Assembly (NCBI RefSeq): GCF_963676685.1
Contig: NC_092349.1
Coordinates: 18,042,001 to 18,106,000 of the forward strand
Source: Mytilus edulis
Lineage: Eukaryota
Reading direction: 5' to 3'
Length of the DNA: 64,000 bases
The notes beneath the pieces are model-generated. The model had not been told where the DNA came from, did not search any database, and saw nothing but the letters and a program-made list of their open reading frames with translations. The position numbers and the translations under genes are program-made. This document shows positions 13,301 through 27,000 of this stretch, one piece after another (the first letter of the stretch is position 1; each line of letters opens with the position of its first letter).

Positions 13301-16300
13301 ATATTTGTTCCAAGTGACCATATCTTATTCCAAGATTGTCCTGCAATACTAGCAGACTGCTGTAACATCATGTCAGATCTGTCAGGGTCGTACCATCTAT
13401 CTAAAGTATAGGCGTCATAGACCATACCTTCACTCTCCATTAAGGCTGAAAATGTGAAACATCCCCATTTGTCACAATATTAATTATTCTCCAAATTCAA
13501 AAAATATAAGCAGCAAACAATAAAAACATTTCAACGACGAAAAGCATAACAAAAAAGTCAGATCTGGCTGTTATTTGTAGGTCCTATTTGCATGGCCATT
13601 AAGCTTATAATGTCTTTCGATACCTATACATCATTAGTTATATTTTTCATTTTTGTCTTTGCACGTTCCTGATGACGATCTTAACCGTTTCCTTATGATA
13701 CATATGTTTAAGGATGTATAGTTCGTTTTTTAATTTTATCATTATCAATTATCAGTTTGAAAATGATGTTCCAATAATGTTTTTGTATATTTTCGGTTTA
13801 CCGCAATGCTAAACTAATACGACGAATTCATATTCGCTTACAGCGCCAAAAGTTGTATTAAATTGAAGAAGTCAAGCATTAAAAGGTCAACTGAAATATA
13901 CAGAAAGAATTAACAACAATTATAACATTTTGCCATTCAATCAAAATGTTGTAGCTAATGAAAAATTGTTGAATTAAGTTATTTTTGCTACAAAGGAATA
14001 CGTTAACCAATTTCTTAAGCTAGTTTATGACTATTTTTATTTCAAGTGTTTGAACTATGAATTCCATCATGCACTAATTCAATGTTCAACACGAAGTAGT
14101 CAAAATCAGAGACAAAAGATACCAGGCAATTACTATTTGTTAACAAAAGCCAATTTTTTAACATCATAATATAAACTCTCTAGTGCAATTTCACGTTATA
14201 AGGTTGATCTTTGGTGATCTGTTTGATTGATCTGTAACTTGTTGACGCAGCCGGTCATGTAATTTGCCGTTAAAGAATCTAATGCATTCTGGGTAATATT
14301 TTCATAAGCGTTCACCAAAACGTTGTGATTTGTTCAAAACGTTCTAAACAATGGAAATCCACCCAATGACGTAACGTCATTTTCATTTTGGAGTACGAAC
14401 AATGAGATTACCCACAGTCCTTTAGATTCTGATAAGGCGAATTCCTCGGTTTTGTTTGTTACCACATAATTATTGTCTTATCGTGATTTCAACATAGTTA
14501 AACTACCGTAGCCTTATTAAGCATTAGCTTTCGATTTTATTTTCACCGATTCGACTCAATATCTCAAAGTTTATTTAAAACATACTAAAACGTCTATTCA
14601 AATTTCAAACTTCCTAAACAAACAATTTATAAATTGTTGACGAATAATATGTATTATTTTGACTTATTACATTTAGTGTGATATGTCATATTTTTTTGTT
14701 CGAACCGTTATTCATCGAGTTGTTTTGATGTTCATCTTGTGGTTCTCGTTAAAATGTAACAACATTACGTATGCATTTCATAATAGACGTCATCTATTTT
14801 TAAAACTATCGAGATGATCTCCAACGAATTTCGTAAATCATATGACTAGAAATATGAATACAAATATTGCAGCACGTACAATCTAATAGTGACAATTGTT
14901 CGATGTCCATGCGCAAGTCCATGTCACAGTTAAGAATATGTAGTTCATCATTTTACCTGTATTTGAATAACTCGCATGAATACTGATTCGTCATCGTTTT
15001 TCTTTAGCTCTTTGGTAAAATTTAACCAAACCTGACTGCTTATAGAAATGTTAAAAATAAGATAAATTCATATTTTGATATTTTTTCAATTTCGTAACTA
15101 ATGCCCCTTTAATTTGGACGGGGAATTTATCACTTGCATAATGGTATAGACATTTACTATAATTTAAGGTATATTATTGTTGTCTCTCGACTATTTACTA
15201 AACGAAAGTGTATGATCTAATTATAATATATTTAAAAGATAGACTTTGCTGTACCTTCATATGGATATAAAATCATCGGAACAGGCGATGCTTTAATGGC
15301 ATTAGAAGCAAAGTGTTGAGTAGGTAGAGGGCGTTGTGATCGCAGGTTACCAGTTCTGTGAGGTGGTGCTTTCTGATTTAATTCATTATTTATTCCAAAT
15401 ATAGTTCCAGGATCGGCTGTATCTAGAGGAAGGTCTTCCAGTCGGTGGCAACCATTTGGTAATATACCAGCAACATTTTGTAATACACCAACTAAAATAT
15501 ATACATAATTTTATGATATAGAACAACGAAAAGTTAACATGGTTAATGCAACTTTCAATTTGTTATCAAATTAGCTCGCATAAAAAAATCAAATTCAATT
15601 TTATTACAAAATGTATATTTCAGATAAAATTGTTATTAGGGCGATTTCCAATCAAAGAGATATATTTGTCTACTAACTGAGCTCGGGACATCGATTGCCA
15701 AAGACGACGGTTTGTTTAACATGGTCTTCAAATCTATCCAATTGCAATAAAAAAAACTGTTTCGGTCTATACACATCCACGGCTTTCAAATCCGAAAGCG
15801 TTCCTGATGAGGGTAAATATAGAAAAGCGCTTCGGACGCATGAAATCATTAAACCTATAGTTTTCATAGTTTATAAAGAACTAATTTTGAACAATTAAAG
15901 TATTTCATTAATTATGGTGACTTGAGTAACACCGGTATCACTCAGATTACAATTCTACCTTGACAGGTAAGTTTGTATTTAGCCTATACAATACTTATTT
16001 AGCCTTGAGAATTGAAAGGTCAATTTATCCCATTCATACAATAGACGTTTACCTATAAGGGTCAGAATGGGGTTTACAGAATAGAGAATACACATGTAAT
16101 AGCAACAAATAAATAGAGAATAGAGAAAATGAACAACAAAATAAAGAATAGAGAATAATTTAATGGGGTGCAAAAGCATAAAGAATAACTGTGCAAAAAA
16201 AAAGGTTACTTAGCTAACTGTAATGCAATACTGATAATATAAATAAATGATCCAAGTACAGAATTGATAAATAATCTTGTAACACAAAGACTAAATAGTA

Positions 16301-18060
16301 AAATCCTTTTCATGAGAATTTTACAGAATGAGTTATTTTTAAGGCTATTAAAAGAAAAATGTCCTAAAAATTTAAAGAATACAGATATTAAAAAAACCAA
16401 TGCAGGTCCTCATGTCATTTACATTGTCAAAATATAGAACACATCTAGTCAAACTGGTTTTAAACTAGACATCTAGTAAAACTGGTTTGGTATAACTGAC
16501 TGTTTATTGCCTTAGATGTCTTTTTCACAGTGACCTTATGTGTTTGTGCTAAGAGTACATTGTACTGTCATATTTATTGATTTTCTGTTCGGACATGACC
16601 TACATTGGCTTGAGATTTCAACTGATATAAGTATAATAAATTAATATTTGGAATTTTATATCCTGGTTGATAATGTTTTTTGGGGAGCAAGATGTTTTCC
16701 TCATTCTTGTTCACATTATGATTATTTTAACATTTAAAGATAGAAAAAATGTCAGCTCTCATTTAAAATATTTTTCAACTACATAACAGAATAATAATCT
16801 CAGATATGGTGTAAACAAAAAACAAGACAGTGTAATGCAAGGATAGTCTATTTCTATAAAGTCAAGCAGATAGGTTTTTTTTATATCTAAAAAAAACTAC
16901 CATGTAAAGAAATATGCAAGTAAAAGGCCAAAAATATCCCCAAAAATTCAACATTAACAGATTTTTAACAATTAAATCAAGATGCACAAAGTTTTAAGCA
17001 TTGGTCAGAATATAGGGTTCTTTTGTACTTTAACAACATCACAATAACAATAAAGTGACCTTAATTTTGGACAAGGTAAATGGCATGAAGCCAAATTTAT
17101 CAACTTCTATTGTATGAATGGGATAAACTGACCTTTCAATTCTCAAGGCTAAATAAGTATTTTATAGGCTAAATACAAACTTACCTGTCAAGGTAGAATT
17201 GTAATCTGAGTGATACCGGTGTTACTCAAGTCACCATAAGTTTAAAATTTACTAGAAAGAATATCGCGAAAAATAAATAATAGAGAGGTCGGTTGAAAAG
17301 GGTTAACGCGAAATAAAGTATTCGCGAATATAAATATGTATTTCGGTATTAGTTAGAGGCTGTAACTTCGCCCCTCGACAGCTGATCAATGTATAACTCA
17401 TTTAACGGCTTTAAACACAGTAAGGCTTATTTAGTGTGTGGAGAAAAGAGATTTTCAAATTTACTAATAAATTTGTCCGTTTATAAATTTAAAAATTATT
17501 AAGTACCTAGGGTTTCAACTCCCTCAGGCAAAGTTGGCTTTAGATTAATTTGGCTATTTATTTTTGGTATTTTTGACATATAGCTCAATGTTTTCGGTTC
17601 TTATACATGTTATACATCTTCGGATTTCAAATGTTGGGCTTTGAGCGTTCCTGATGAAAGTAAATCCAGAAAAGCGCTTCGGACGCAAGAAATTAATAAA
17701 CGTGTTGTTTTCATTTTTTTTCTCAAACACTTGATTATGTAGCCAACATTTTATTCAAGACGTAGCTGTCAAATATTCATTCGCAAAACCAACGAATTAC
17801 CCTCGTTACAGTATTTTGGACTTGTTAATATATTCCTTTAAAACAATCAAGACCTTTCACACGCGATAAGCAATACAACATGTAAGTTAACAGCTTGTTT
17901 TCGGTACTGCTATTAAATATTGATTTGTATTAAGTTAATATGTTAATGCAAAACTGTGCATTATAAGTCTGTCACTTAAATTAAATTAATAAAATATGTT
18001 CACACGAAGTATAAAGGAATATATTAGAAGATACTTACATGTTACCACCAAGATCAACAT
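1309..18060 (-). CDS. Secreted glycoside hydrolase family 81-like endo-1,3-beta-glucanase, N-terminal 683 codons; 3' end lies beyond the left edge of the window
   Basis: Phase-consistent exons (minus): 18060-18039, 15491-15255, 13445-13251, 12706-12597, 12158-12029, 11162-10935, 10268-10027, 8969-8839, 7913-7834, 4238-3733, 1476-1309. Signal peptide MLILVVTFGVLQNVAG; GH81-like motifs RPLPTQHFASN...LYPYE, VPLVRGSALLTH, KFIMELN...QTRKYLLYFS, YNGIVQLAYL, LDKYLGVYS, LMMVTMPHH. The catalytic C-terminal region is not in the window. Confidence 0.8.
1668..2143 (+). mobile_element. Non-autonomous Helentron/HINE-like element with internal tandem repeats, (GACG)n microsatellite and terminal hairpin
   Basis: Two internal units of about 165 bp, (GGAC)n at 2033-2095, terminal hairpin TGCCCC...GGGGCA followed by A-run; sister copies at 2926-3401 (inverted), 20108-20339 and 29570-29661 (partial). 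Confidence 0.7.
2926..3401 (-). mobile_element. Inverted copy of the same HINE-like element
   Basis: Reverse complement of 1668-2143, including (CGTC/CGTT)n and the ATGCCCCACC...GAGGGGCAT hairpin. Confidence 0.7.
4340..5630. repeat. Two tandem diverged copies (about 700 bp and 580 bp) of an element ending in a long palindrome
   Basis: 4340-4880 aligns by eye with 5058-5540; hairpins at about 4853-5040 (ttttaccacgggttgtccctttatgcc / ggcataaagggacaacccgtggtaaaa) and 5512-5628. Confidence 0.7.
15798..15839 (+). ncRNA. Minimal hammerhead ribozyme-like motif (family B), stem II degenerate
   Basis: GCGUUC-CUGAUGA-ggguaaauaua-GAAA-A-GCGC-U-UC-GGACGC. Confidence 0.55.
15912..17239. mobile_element. 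Non-autonomous DNA transposon with about 134-bp terminal inverted repeats, in GH81 intron 1
   Basis: 15912-16045 is the near-perfect reverse complement of 17106-17239; TA at both ends; no internal coding capacity. Confidence 0.8.
17645..17686 (+). ncRNA. Minimal hammerhead ribozyme-like motif (family B) at the end of a dispersed repeat (about 17450-17720)
   Basis: GCGUUC-CUGAUGA-aaguaaaucca-GAAA-A-GCGC-U-UC-GGACGC; stem I pairs over 6 bp. Confidence 0.6.
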
Positions 18061-19362
18061 GGTGTAATGTGTAAATGAATGACCTTATACGATAAGGAAT
18101 ATCAGGTAAGAACTTATGCGACACTAGTGCGTAAAGACATTAAAGTTTACTGTCACGGTATTTGTGTTTGTACATGCAGATGTGTCAGGAAATAATTGTT
18201 GACTTTGCCAATGTTTAAAGCAGGTTTCCTGACTCCTCTTATCATAAAACAACCGATGAAAAAAAAAAAACAGCACATCACAGTTAATTTAGAAAAGACG
18301 TTGTTGTTTTCATGATCGAGTTCCTAATTATATTCACCCTTCATTTTAATATAAACGAACACAACATATCAATATTAGATTAAACTGTGCCCCCATACCT
18401 TTAAAGAAGTAGGGTAAACTTTTTCGAGTACGTGTCCTAGCTGCATCTGATAACTTAAATAATCAGAATCAGAAAGTTAAATAATAAAGAATCTAAAAAA
18501 AAAATACACTTGAAATAGATTCTTATGTAAAATTTAGACATCTATAGCTAACTACCATATTTTTCTAAATTAATTAATTTGTGTTTGAAGGTACTCCCGT
18601 TTGATGTTTGGTTTTCATTACAAATGGCAATTATTTTATTTCAATATTTGGAACAATACTAAAACCTTATCAAAATACATGTACATTGCAGAATTGAAGT
18701 ATTTCTAGGCATTTATAAACAGACGCCTGGCGCAAATACAAAATTTCAGTCCTGTTATCTATGATCAGTTTATTTACAACGACTGTGTCGATGCCACTGC
18801 TGGTGGATTTTTTTTTTATCCCCGATGGTAGTTAGCACTTCGGTGTTGACATGATTTTTTATTGATACAGTCATAATTATAAATGATTATTTTAAAACTT
18901 AGAATGTGTGAAATACTTAAGCTTTTCTACCTTATGAACAGATTACCTCAGCTGTATTTGCCAAAGACTTTTAGGAATTTTGGTCCCCAATGCTTAATGT
19001 TCGATCGTCACTATATTGACTTCTTTAAACGAAACGCGCGTATGGCATACATACAAAAATTCAATCCTGGTATCTATAAGTTTATTTATAAATTGGTAAC
19101 ATGTTCAGAAATACGCTTTCACCAGAAAAATTAGTGTAAACACAAAATATTTAATTAAATCTGTTAGTTTTTGGTAAAGCTTTAAAGCAGTTTCGAATTC
19201 CTAGTCCTATTGTGAAATAAATCCATTAACTATTGGTCCTATGTGTTTTTAAGTTTAATTCAAGAATGTGATAATGCCTATTACGCCAAGATTACAAATG
19301 CAAGATTTAATGTCAGCTAGATCTTTTTGACAAAATTGTCAAGCCCATTTTGTTGTATGGGT

Positions 19363-20480
19363 TTTAGTAATAATGAGGTATTAGAAAAGATACATTTAAA
19401 ATTCTGTAAATTACTCTTAAATCTGAAATCCTCAACACCAAACTATATGGTTTACGGGGAATTAGGTCGCCATCCGGATGACATAGATAGAAAAGTTCGA
19501 GCAGTATTATTTTGGGCAAATTTGATATCCGGCACTTAACAAGCAAAATACTTCAAACTTTCTCGACATATGAATGTTAATTTTAACATACAGTCTAAAT
19601 GGATTCTTTTTGTCAAAAAATATTTCAAGACTGTGGTTTCTCATATATATTTTCAAAATTTTATAGATAAAGATTGGTTAAAAACTGTTATAAAGCAAAG
19701 ACTGTTCGGCCAGTTTCTTCAGAATTGGAACTCGCTAATTCAAAATTCGTCAAAAGCTATTAACTACAAAATTTTTAAGAAAAACTGGGAATTTGAGGAA
19801 TATTTTAAAATTTTGAACTTTAAAATTGTCGTTGTTCTTTGTCGATTTCGAACGACCAATAACAAATTGCCGATTGAAACAGGAAGGTGGCAAAATGTAT
19901 TGAGAAAAAAAACGTGTTTGCCATCTATGTAAAAATCGACAAATTGGTTACGAATATCACTATATATTGGAATGTACTTTTTTCGATCAAAAACGTACAG
20001 AGTATTTATCCTCCTATTTTGTAAATCGACATAATACATTCAATTTTTTTTCGGAACTAATATCGAGTACACGAAAACAAGTCCTGAAGAAACTTTTTTT
20101 ATTTATAAACAAGAGGACCGTGAAATTAGGGTAAAAACTCTAATTTGGCATTAAAATTAGAAAGATCATATCATAGGGAACATGTGTACTAAGTTTGAAG
20201 TCGATTGGACTTCAAGTTCATCAAAAAATACCTTGACCAAAAACTTTAACTTGAAGCGGGACAGACGGACGGACGAACGAACGAACGGACGCACAGACCA
20301 GAAAACATAATGCTCCTTTACTATCGTAGGTGGGGCATACAAATATTAATACTTGTGTTTGTCCTCCTGGCTAGTGACTTCTGTAACCTCTCTCCTTCTT
20401 TTGTATATATTGTGAATAGTTATAATAATTGTTGTTATCTCTGTACTGATGTAATGCATTGGCTTTTGAGAATAACATAT
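19363..20480 (+). mobile_element. Degenerate 3' fragment of an L2/CR1-group LINE, interrupted by a HINE-like insertion (20108-20339)
   Basis: Frame-disrupted peptides LEKIHLKFCKLLLNLKSSTPNYMVYGELGR and LCRFRTTNNKLPIETGRW, typical of LINE ORF2 C-termini. Confidence 0.75.
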
Positions 20481-20829
20481 ATAGATATATAACTTTAGGT
20501 CAGAATACAGTTTTCAATTAAGAGAGAGTATCTATATCACTGTAATTATGAAGTGTATCAATATTCGTTGGACAGGTAAACAAGTCAATGAACACAAAAA
20601 TGGAAATATTCGGAATATCATGAAATGAAAAAAGTTTAAGACAACGTACATCGTGATGATAAGCATATCGTGTTTTGCATCTATGTGATCAAACGATCAG
20701 TAGTAAATTTGGCAATGAGGATTAAGACTAAACCGGGATGATGACATAATCAAAAGGTTCTTATGATACTGTTAAACTTAAAACAATTCGTGACAAACAA
20801 CTATTAGTGATTCTACTCCATCGCCTTAT

Positions 20830-21100
20830 CATTGACCTGTTCGTAATAATAAATTAACTGTTAACAAAACTTTAAATTTTTGAAATACTAAGACTTTTTT
20901 ACCTCAGGAATAGGTTACCTTAGCTGTATTTGGCAAAACGTAAATAGATTTCTGGTCCTCAATGCTCTTCAACTTCGTACTTTATTTGGCCTTTTAAACA
21001 TTTTTTGTTTCGAGCGTCACTGATGAGTCTTTTGTAGACAAAACGTGCGTCTGGCGTATATAAGTTTTTGTAATCCTGGTATCTATGCTTAGTTTATTGA
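20830..21100 (+). repeat. Copy of the family A hammerhead-bearing repeat with mutated core (GAAA to AAAA)
   Basis: Near-identical to 1000-1270; further degenerate copies at about 8575-8740, 12360-12460, 18720-19090 and 58030-58085. Confidence 0.75.
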
Positions 21101-22045
21101 AGTAGTGAGACTAATGATTATCCGTTGGTTACATTGCATTGCATGCACTGACACGTCTTATCTGTTATTAGTTAGAATCATAGTATCAATAGAGGGTATG
21201 CTACTTTTCAAGAATTTGATATCCATAGATTTGATTTGGGATGCGAGGAAACTGAAACAAAGTTGAAAGCTGTAAAACAAACGTTCTGTTAAACAAACAA
21301 GTCATCTTTACTAGTAAAATTATACTGATGATGTTGATGGACTGTTTAAAGTCTCAGGTAGTATTTGGCTATTTGCAAAGTAGAGAATGCTTTTTACAAA
21401 TGGAAGCTTTGACATAAGAGAAAAATTCTATTTCATTCATTACTGTCTTTTGCAGAGTGCCTGTAACAAGTCAGTCGACATTTTTTCCAATGATAGTCTT
21501 TTATAGTTAAAGAACATGTTTCTTTCTTTTTCTCGTGTTTACATAAATATAAAAGCAAAACTAAACCAGAAAAAGTAATGAACTACTGAAAATAAGAAAC
21601 TCATGTTCTAGTGAGATATATTTAAACCTTCAAATCATTATAATTCATGATGTCTACATTATAATAGTACTGATATAATCTTTTAAGAGTCACATGCATG
21701 TTTGCCATACTAATTCAATATGTTTAACTTTAGAACCTTTTCTTCAACTAGTTTACTATAATTGTTCAGATAGTTCAGATATTTGATTTATGAAACAATT
21801 ACCCTGACAAAACACCCAGCTTTCATCAAGTATTTATTTTTATCATGCTTTGTATCTAATAGATTCATTGGATCTGAAAGTCGGTACACTACAATACCTT
21901 ATTCATATGACCATTACTATCTCATATCTGCCAACACACCAGTTCTAAGAGGGTGGATCTTAATAAAATTGTTTTCAATTTAATTTTTGATTTTTTTTTA
22001 AAGCAGCGTCTTTGATAATGTCTCAGCAACAAAATTATTGTTTAA

Positions 22046-22789
22046 AGTGGTACCTAACACTACAGGGAGATAACTCAGTAAAATCATTTAAATGCTTTAA
22101 TCATGTTGTATTGTTCAGGAAATATAAAGCTTCTCAACGATCAAAATTAGTGTTTGTCAAACTGCTATGTAGGTGTCATACCACCAATTAAAAGTCCCTA
22201 TCTGTTCAACCAAATTTTATAATTTTCACAGCTTTCTAAATATTTTACCTTAAGTTTAACTTCATAGAAACCAGGCATATCCTGAATCGTACATGCATCA
22301 GCTTTCTACATGCCAATTTTCAACAGGTGTTTAAAATCATATAAAAAAGAAAAGGCCTTCCGAATAGAGGTACCACTAAAAATAACCCCTGGTTTTCTGG
22401 AAATCTTAAATTAGTATACTATGGAGTGCATTAATCCTCAATTTTGAATGCAAACTCATAAACAAGTAAATTTTAGCTCAAAATGGTCTCAATATATTTC
22501 TCTTTCACCAAACGTTTCATTTCTGCTAATTTGTTGGTTAGTTTAAGTAAACAATGACATCAAATGCACTATTTTTTGTCCGAGTAGGCCTACTTTCACA
22601 TACGTTCTAAATTTGAGGGAGTAATTGGTGGTATGACACCTGTATCAAACCATTTTTTCCGAGAAAGTGATTGATTCATTTGTTTTGAATTTTTTGTATT
22701 TTTTACAAGGGTCAAAGTAAATATTTTGTCAAAATTTTATGAAAATTAGACGAGCCAAATTAATTTTTGTGAAGGTGTTGGGTACCACC
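22046..22789. mobile_element. TTAA-flanked MITE (Kolobok-like) with a nested 471-bp TIR element at 22171-22641
   Basis: TTAA at 22042-22045 and 22790-22793; TIR (a/g)gtggtacc(t/c)aacac; nested 20-bp TIR aggtgtcataccaccaatta; uninterrupted sister at 37407-37679. Confidence 0.75.
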
Positions 22790-24021
22790 TTAAAGTCAGA
22801 GGAGTGAATTTTTTAGTTGCAGTATCTCACTGAAACCTACATGTATGTAGTAATGAACCCTAAAAGCAGAATATTTGAAAGCCAATGATGAATAAGAACC
22901 TTAACAGTTGAAGATCTCTATGAAAAAAAAAATTATAACAAAATCCATTTATTGTCTACATTGCCTATAGGAGTTTGAAACTTTAGTTTCCAACTATTTA
23001 CAAATTATTAACAATTTTCGAAGGTTTATTATATCCCATGTCAGAATCAAAAAGTAAAATAACAAAAATACCTAACTTGGAGGAAAATTGAAAACAGATA
23101 GTACCTAAGCAAATGGCAAAATCAAAAGCTCAAACACATCAAACACATGGATAACAACTGTCATATTCCTGACAAGCATTTTGTTATGTAGAAAAGGGTG
23201 GATTAAACCTGGTTTTATGTGTGAACAAAACAAAATGTAAAAAGTAAATTTTGACTACTGAGCATATGAAACAACACAGGACTGATAATCTACCAGCAAC
23301 TAACTACACAGTATAAAACCACTGACACTCATACAAAGAAAATAAGTGAGTTTGGAGGAAAGGACATGGGGATAGCCTTTAATGTTTATAATATTTGTAA
23401 AGTTTTTTAAATAAAGGAATAATATATCTGCCTTATGCAAAGCTCGATCGTATTTTTATGCCTGGCTTTTGTTATTTTTGTAATTTTTTTGTTTATAGCT
23501 CTTTGTCTTCTGGCCTCCCAAATCACAGAAAAGACATTATTTGTTGAAATGAACATCTGGTGCAGAAAAATTGGTACTGTTATTGTTAATACAGTAAATT
23601 CATCTACACATTGCAACCAACAATTATATATAACATAACAAACAATTATATTTAATAAGTTTTATTTTACAAAAATAATAAATATAAAAAACATATTAAA
23701 AGTTACCATCAGGTGTTTTACATACAGTTGGATGTTGTCAATTTGAAACCCCTTTAAAATATTGATTTAACTGTCTCTTATCATATATTGGATGTTGCTG
23801 CAAAATAATTCATCCGAAACAGATAAACAAAATTTTATCTAGAGACAAATTATTCAGGTAGACTGCATCGCACAGAATGCATGACTTGCTACTAGTGAAC
23901 ACTGAATACTTTAGATCAAGTTTCAGTATCTACCAATAAATTTGGGAGAAAATAGGTAAGATTTTTATAACTATTATCATGCTAATCTGTCAAAACATGC
24001 AATCAGTTTTTCTCTTTTCAA

Positions 24022-27000
24022 TCATGTTGTTTTTAAGAAGTCTGGTATAGAACTGGTTGTACCACATGCTGGATCATGACACATTACCCCATTCCCACCA
24101 ACACTTGTTTCCCAACATTCAAAGTTCTGCTTTTTAAGCTCTATTTCTACAGTTTGTAATATTTCTTCTGTTGTTTCTAAAATTAGAAAAAAAAGTTAAT
24201 TGTATTCCTGTCTAAAAGGTTGGTTACAGTCATCTTGTCTAATTCTACGGAATTTTTAATGTATTTAATGAAATCAACATGCCTTCATTAGCTAACATAA
24301 TTGTTAACACAAATCATACCTAATATTCAAATTACTATATATTTTTTTTGGAGGTCTCAGATAAAGTCATGTTTGACACATCATTATGGTAAAAAAAAAA
24401 AGATTTGTGAAAATGAGTTCATACTTCTTATTTTGAAATGGATTTCTCTGAATTAAACTTTGTAAAGTAGTTTTTCAATGCATTAAAATTAATATTAATC
24501 CTTTCATATAACTTTTGAAGAATTGATAGCCATATTTTTGGCGAACTAATGCTCTTAGGACTTTGTTGATTTATGCCATTAAAATTGCCCTTATCATGTT
24601 TATGTCCTACGTCCTTTTGTGTCATTACAATTGACACTGTTTGGTTCTATAATTTTACTAATATGTGCTTGGACCATTGGTTATCCTGTTTGAATAGTGT
24701 TACACTAGGGCCGTTTATAGCTTGCTGTTCCCTCTGAGCCAAGGCTTTTTGTTGAAGGCCATACTTTGACATATAATTGTTAACTTTCTATACATTATTA
24801 CTTGGATGGAGAGTTATCTCATACCACATCTTCTGATTTATATACTGTAAATTCAGAAATTATTGCGTGCATTTATTATTGCAATTTTCTGGTTTTAGAC
24901 TGAAATGCAATATTGAGAAAAATCCTATTTAAATCATATAAAAATTACAAATGCGAGTTTAAATTGTTACGATTATAACTAGTCACTTGGATGGAGAGCT
25001 GTGTTGATGGCTCTCATACTACATCTTCATTTTTATATTTAGTGATGGTTGAGTGCTGCCACATACCTGGAGAAATCAAACAGAAAGCACAGCCACCACC
25101 TCCAGCTCCAGTCAGTTTACAATGGAGTCCATACTGTTGACATGTTTTACAAACACTTTCCAATGACGGGTGACTTACACCTAGAAACCTCAGTAAGTCA
25201 TGATTCATATCTATCAAATCCTGTAATAAATATAAAAATTCAAGACAGAGTTATCTTCTCTTTGTTTTAGACTGTTTCACTCCCTTTGCTTAATCCTCAC
25301 ATATCTTAAGAGTGCATACAATTTATAATTGTCATTTTCATTTTACATATTTTTGTATGCTGCTGCAATCCCTGAGACAAATCATTGATGACCAAAACTA
25401 ACAAAGACCATAAATGAACTAGATGATTACTGCTGCCAGAAAGCCACTGAAACAGAAAAATTCTCAAATAGCAATCAGAAAACTTTTAACTGATTATTTT
25501 GTAAATTGATCTAAGCATATCAGCAGCATTAGACATTCATTTAGTAATGATTGCAATGTGTTCTTTTCCCTCAATTTTATTTGTTAACAAACCTTCAATT
25601 TCTTATAACAGGAAGTGACATCACAATGGTTCCCTGTCATGTCTGATAAAACAGCTTCACATCTGCTAACTATGGCTTCCATAGAGTTTAACACTGGTGT
25701 TATAATATCTTCATACTGGAAGCAGAAATTTAATAAATATAACAAATAAATAAATAATAAGAGGTGATACACTTTTTACAAGTGCCATTCCTAACCTTCT
25801 CTTGTCTGGGTACACCCTTTTTCTAAATTCAAAATCAGCCAATCAAAATGATAAAATCTTTACCAATCATCTGAGCAATGTTATTGTAACCAAAAAATAA
25901 TGACATTTTAAAACTTTTTATAACCTGCAATGCAAATTGAGACTGGCTGTGTGGTAACCTATATAAACACTTGCATTTTTCATATTATATTGCAATAGAT
26001 AATCTCAAAATTATGTCAATTGTTCAACTATCACAATATTAAGCAATTGTGAAGGCAAAAATTTCTGAATTAACATTATTGTGGATTTAGCTATTTTTAT
26101 GGGTATCAATCTTCATAGAATAAAAGAAAATTGTATTAAAGCAACTGTGGATTCATTATTATTATCGTTGGATACCAAATTTCCTGGGTTTTGGTGGGGA
26201 CAGGTGAACCACTAATTTAAATGTTCAACGAATTACAAATTTTATCTAATGTTGTATGCAGACTTTTGCAAAACCAAGAAAATACATCTCCACGAAAAGG
26301 CAAGTTTTCTGCAATCCACACAAAGTGGTACCAACGAAAATAAATGAATCCACAGTTATACTTGAATTTGTGGTTTTTCAAAAGTCTGCACCCAATGCAA
26401 GCCTACAGATAAATTGTACTTTGTTTAATGTTTAAATTTGTGGTCCATCTCTACCCAGAAAATCCTAGAACAATGTCAGCAAATGAACATAAATGATTCA
26501 ACAGTATACTGTAAACCAACTTATTTTCGCGAGCGATTTATTTTGGCAAATTTCGCGGATATAAATCGTTGCCAATATGTAAACCTTGGATCTTTCCTTA
26601 TCAAACTTCATCAAGTAAATCAGAAAATCGCGAAATTATTTAGTCGCGAAGTGGTCAACATAGGGTAAAATGCGAAATAAAGTATCCGCGAAAATAAGTT
26701 GGTTTACAGTATTCTCTCATTATAGCCATTCCAGAGCAAGAAACTCTGTAATATTTAAACATTTGTAATAATTCCTTTCAACCTTTTCATTACTGTGGAT
26801 TCATTATCATTCTTTGGGTACCAATTTTCATGGTTTTTGTGGGTACAGGTGAACCATAAATTCAAATCTTCAACCAATTACAAATTTTCTATAGGCTTTC
26901 TATACAGATATTGGAAAAACCACAAAATCAAATACCCACGAAAACGGGTTTTCCTCAATCCACGAAAAATAAATGAATCCACAGTAACGCATCATTTACC

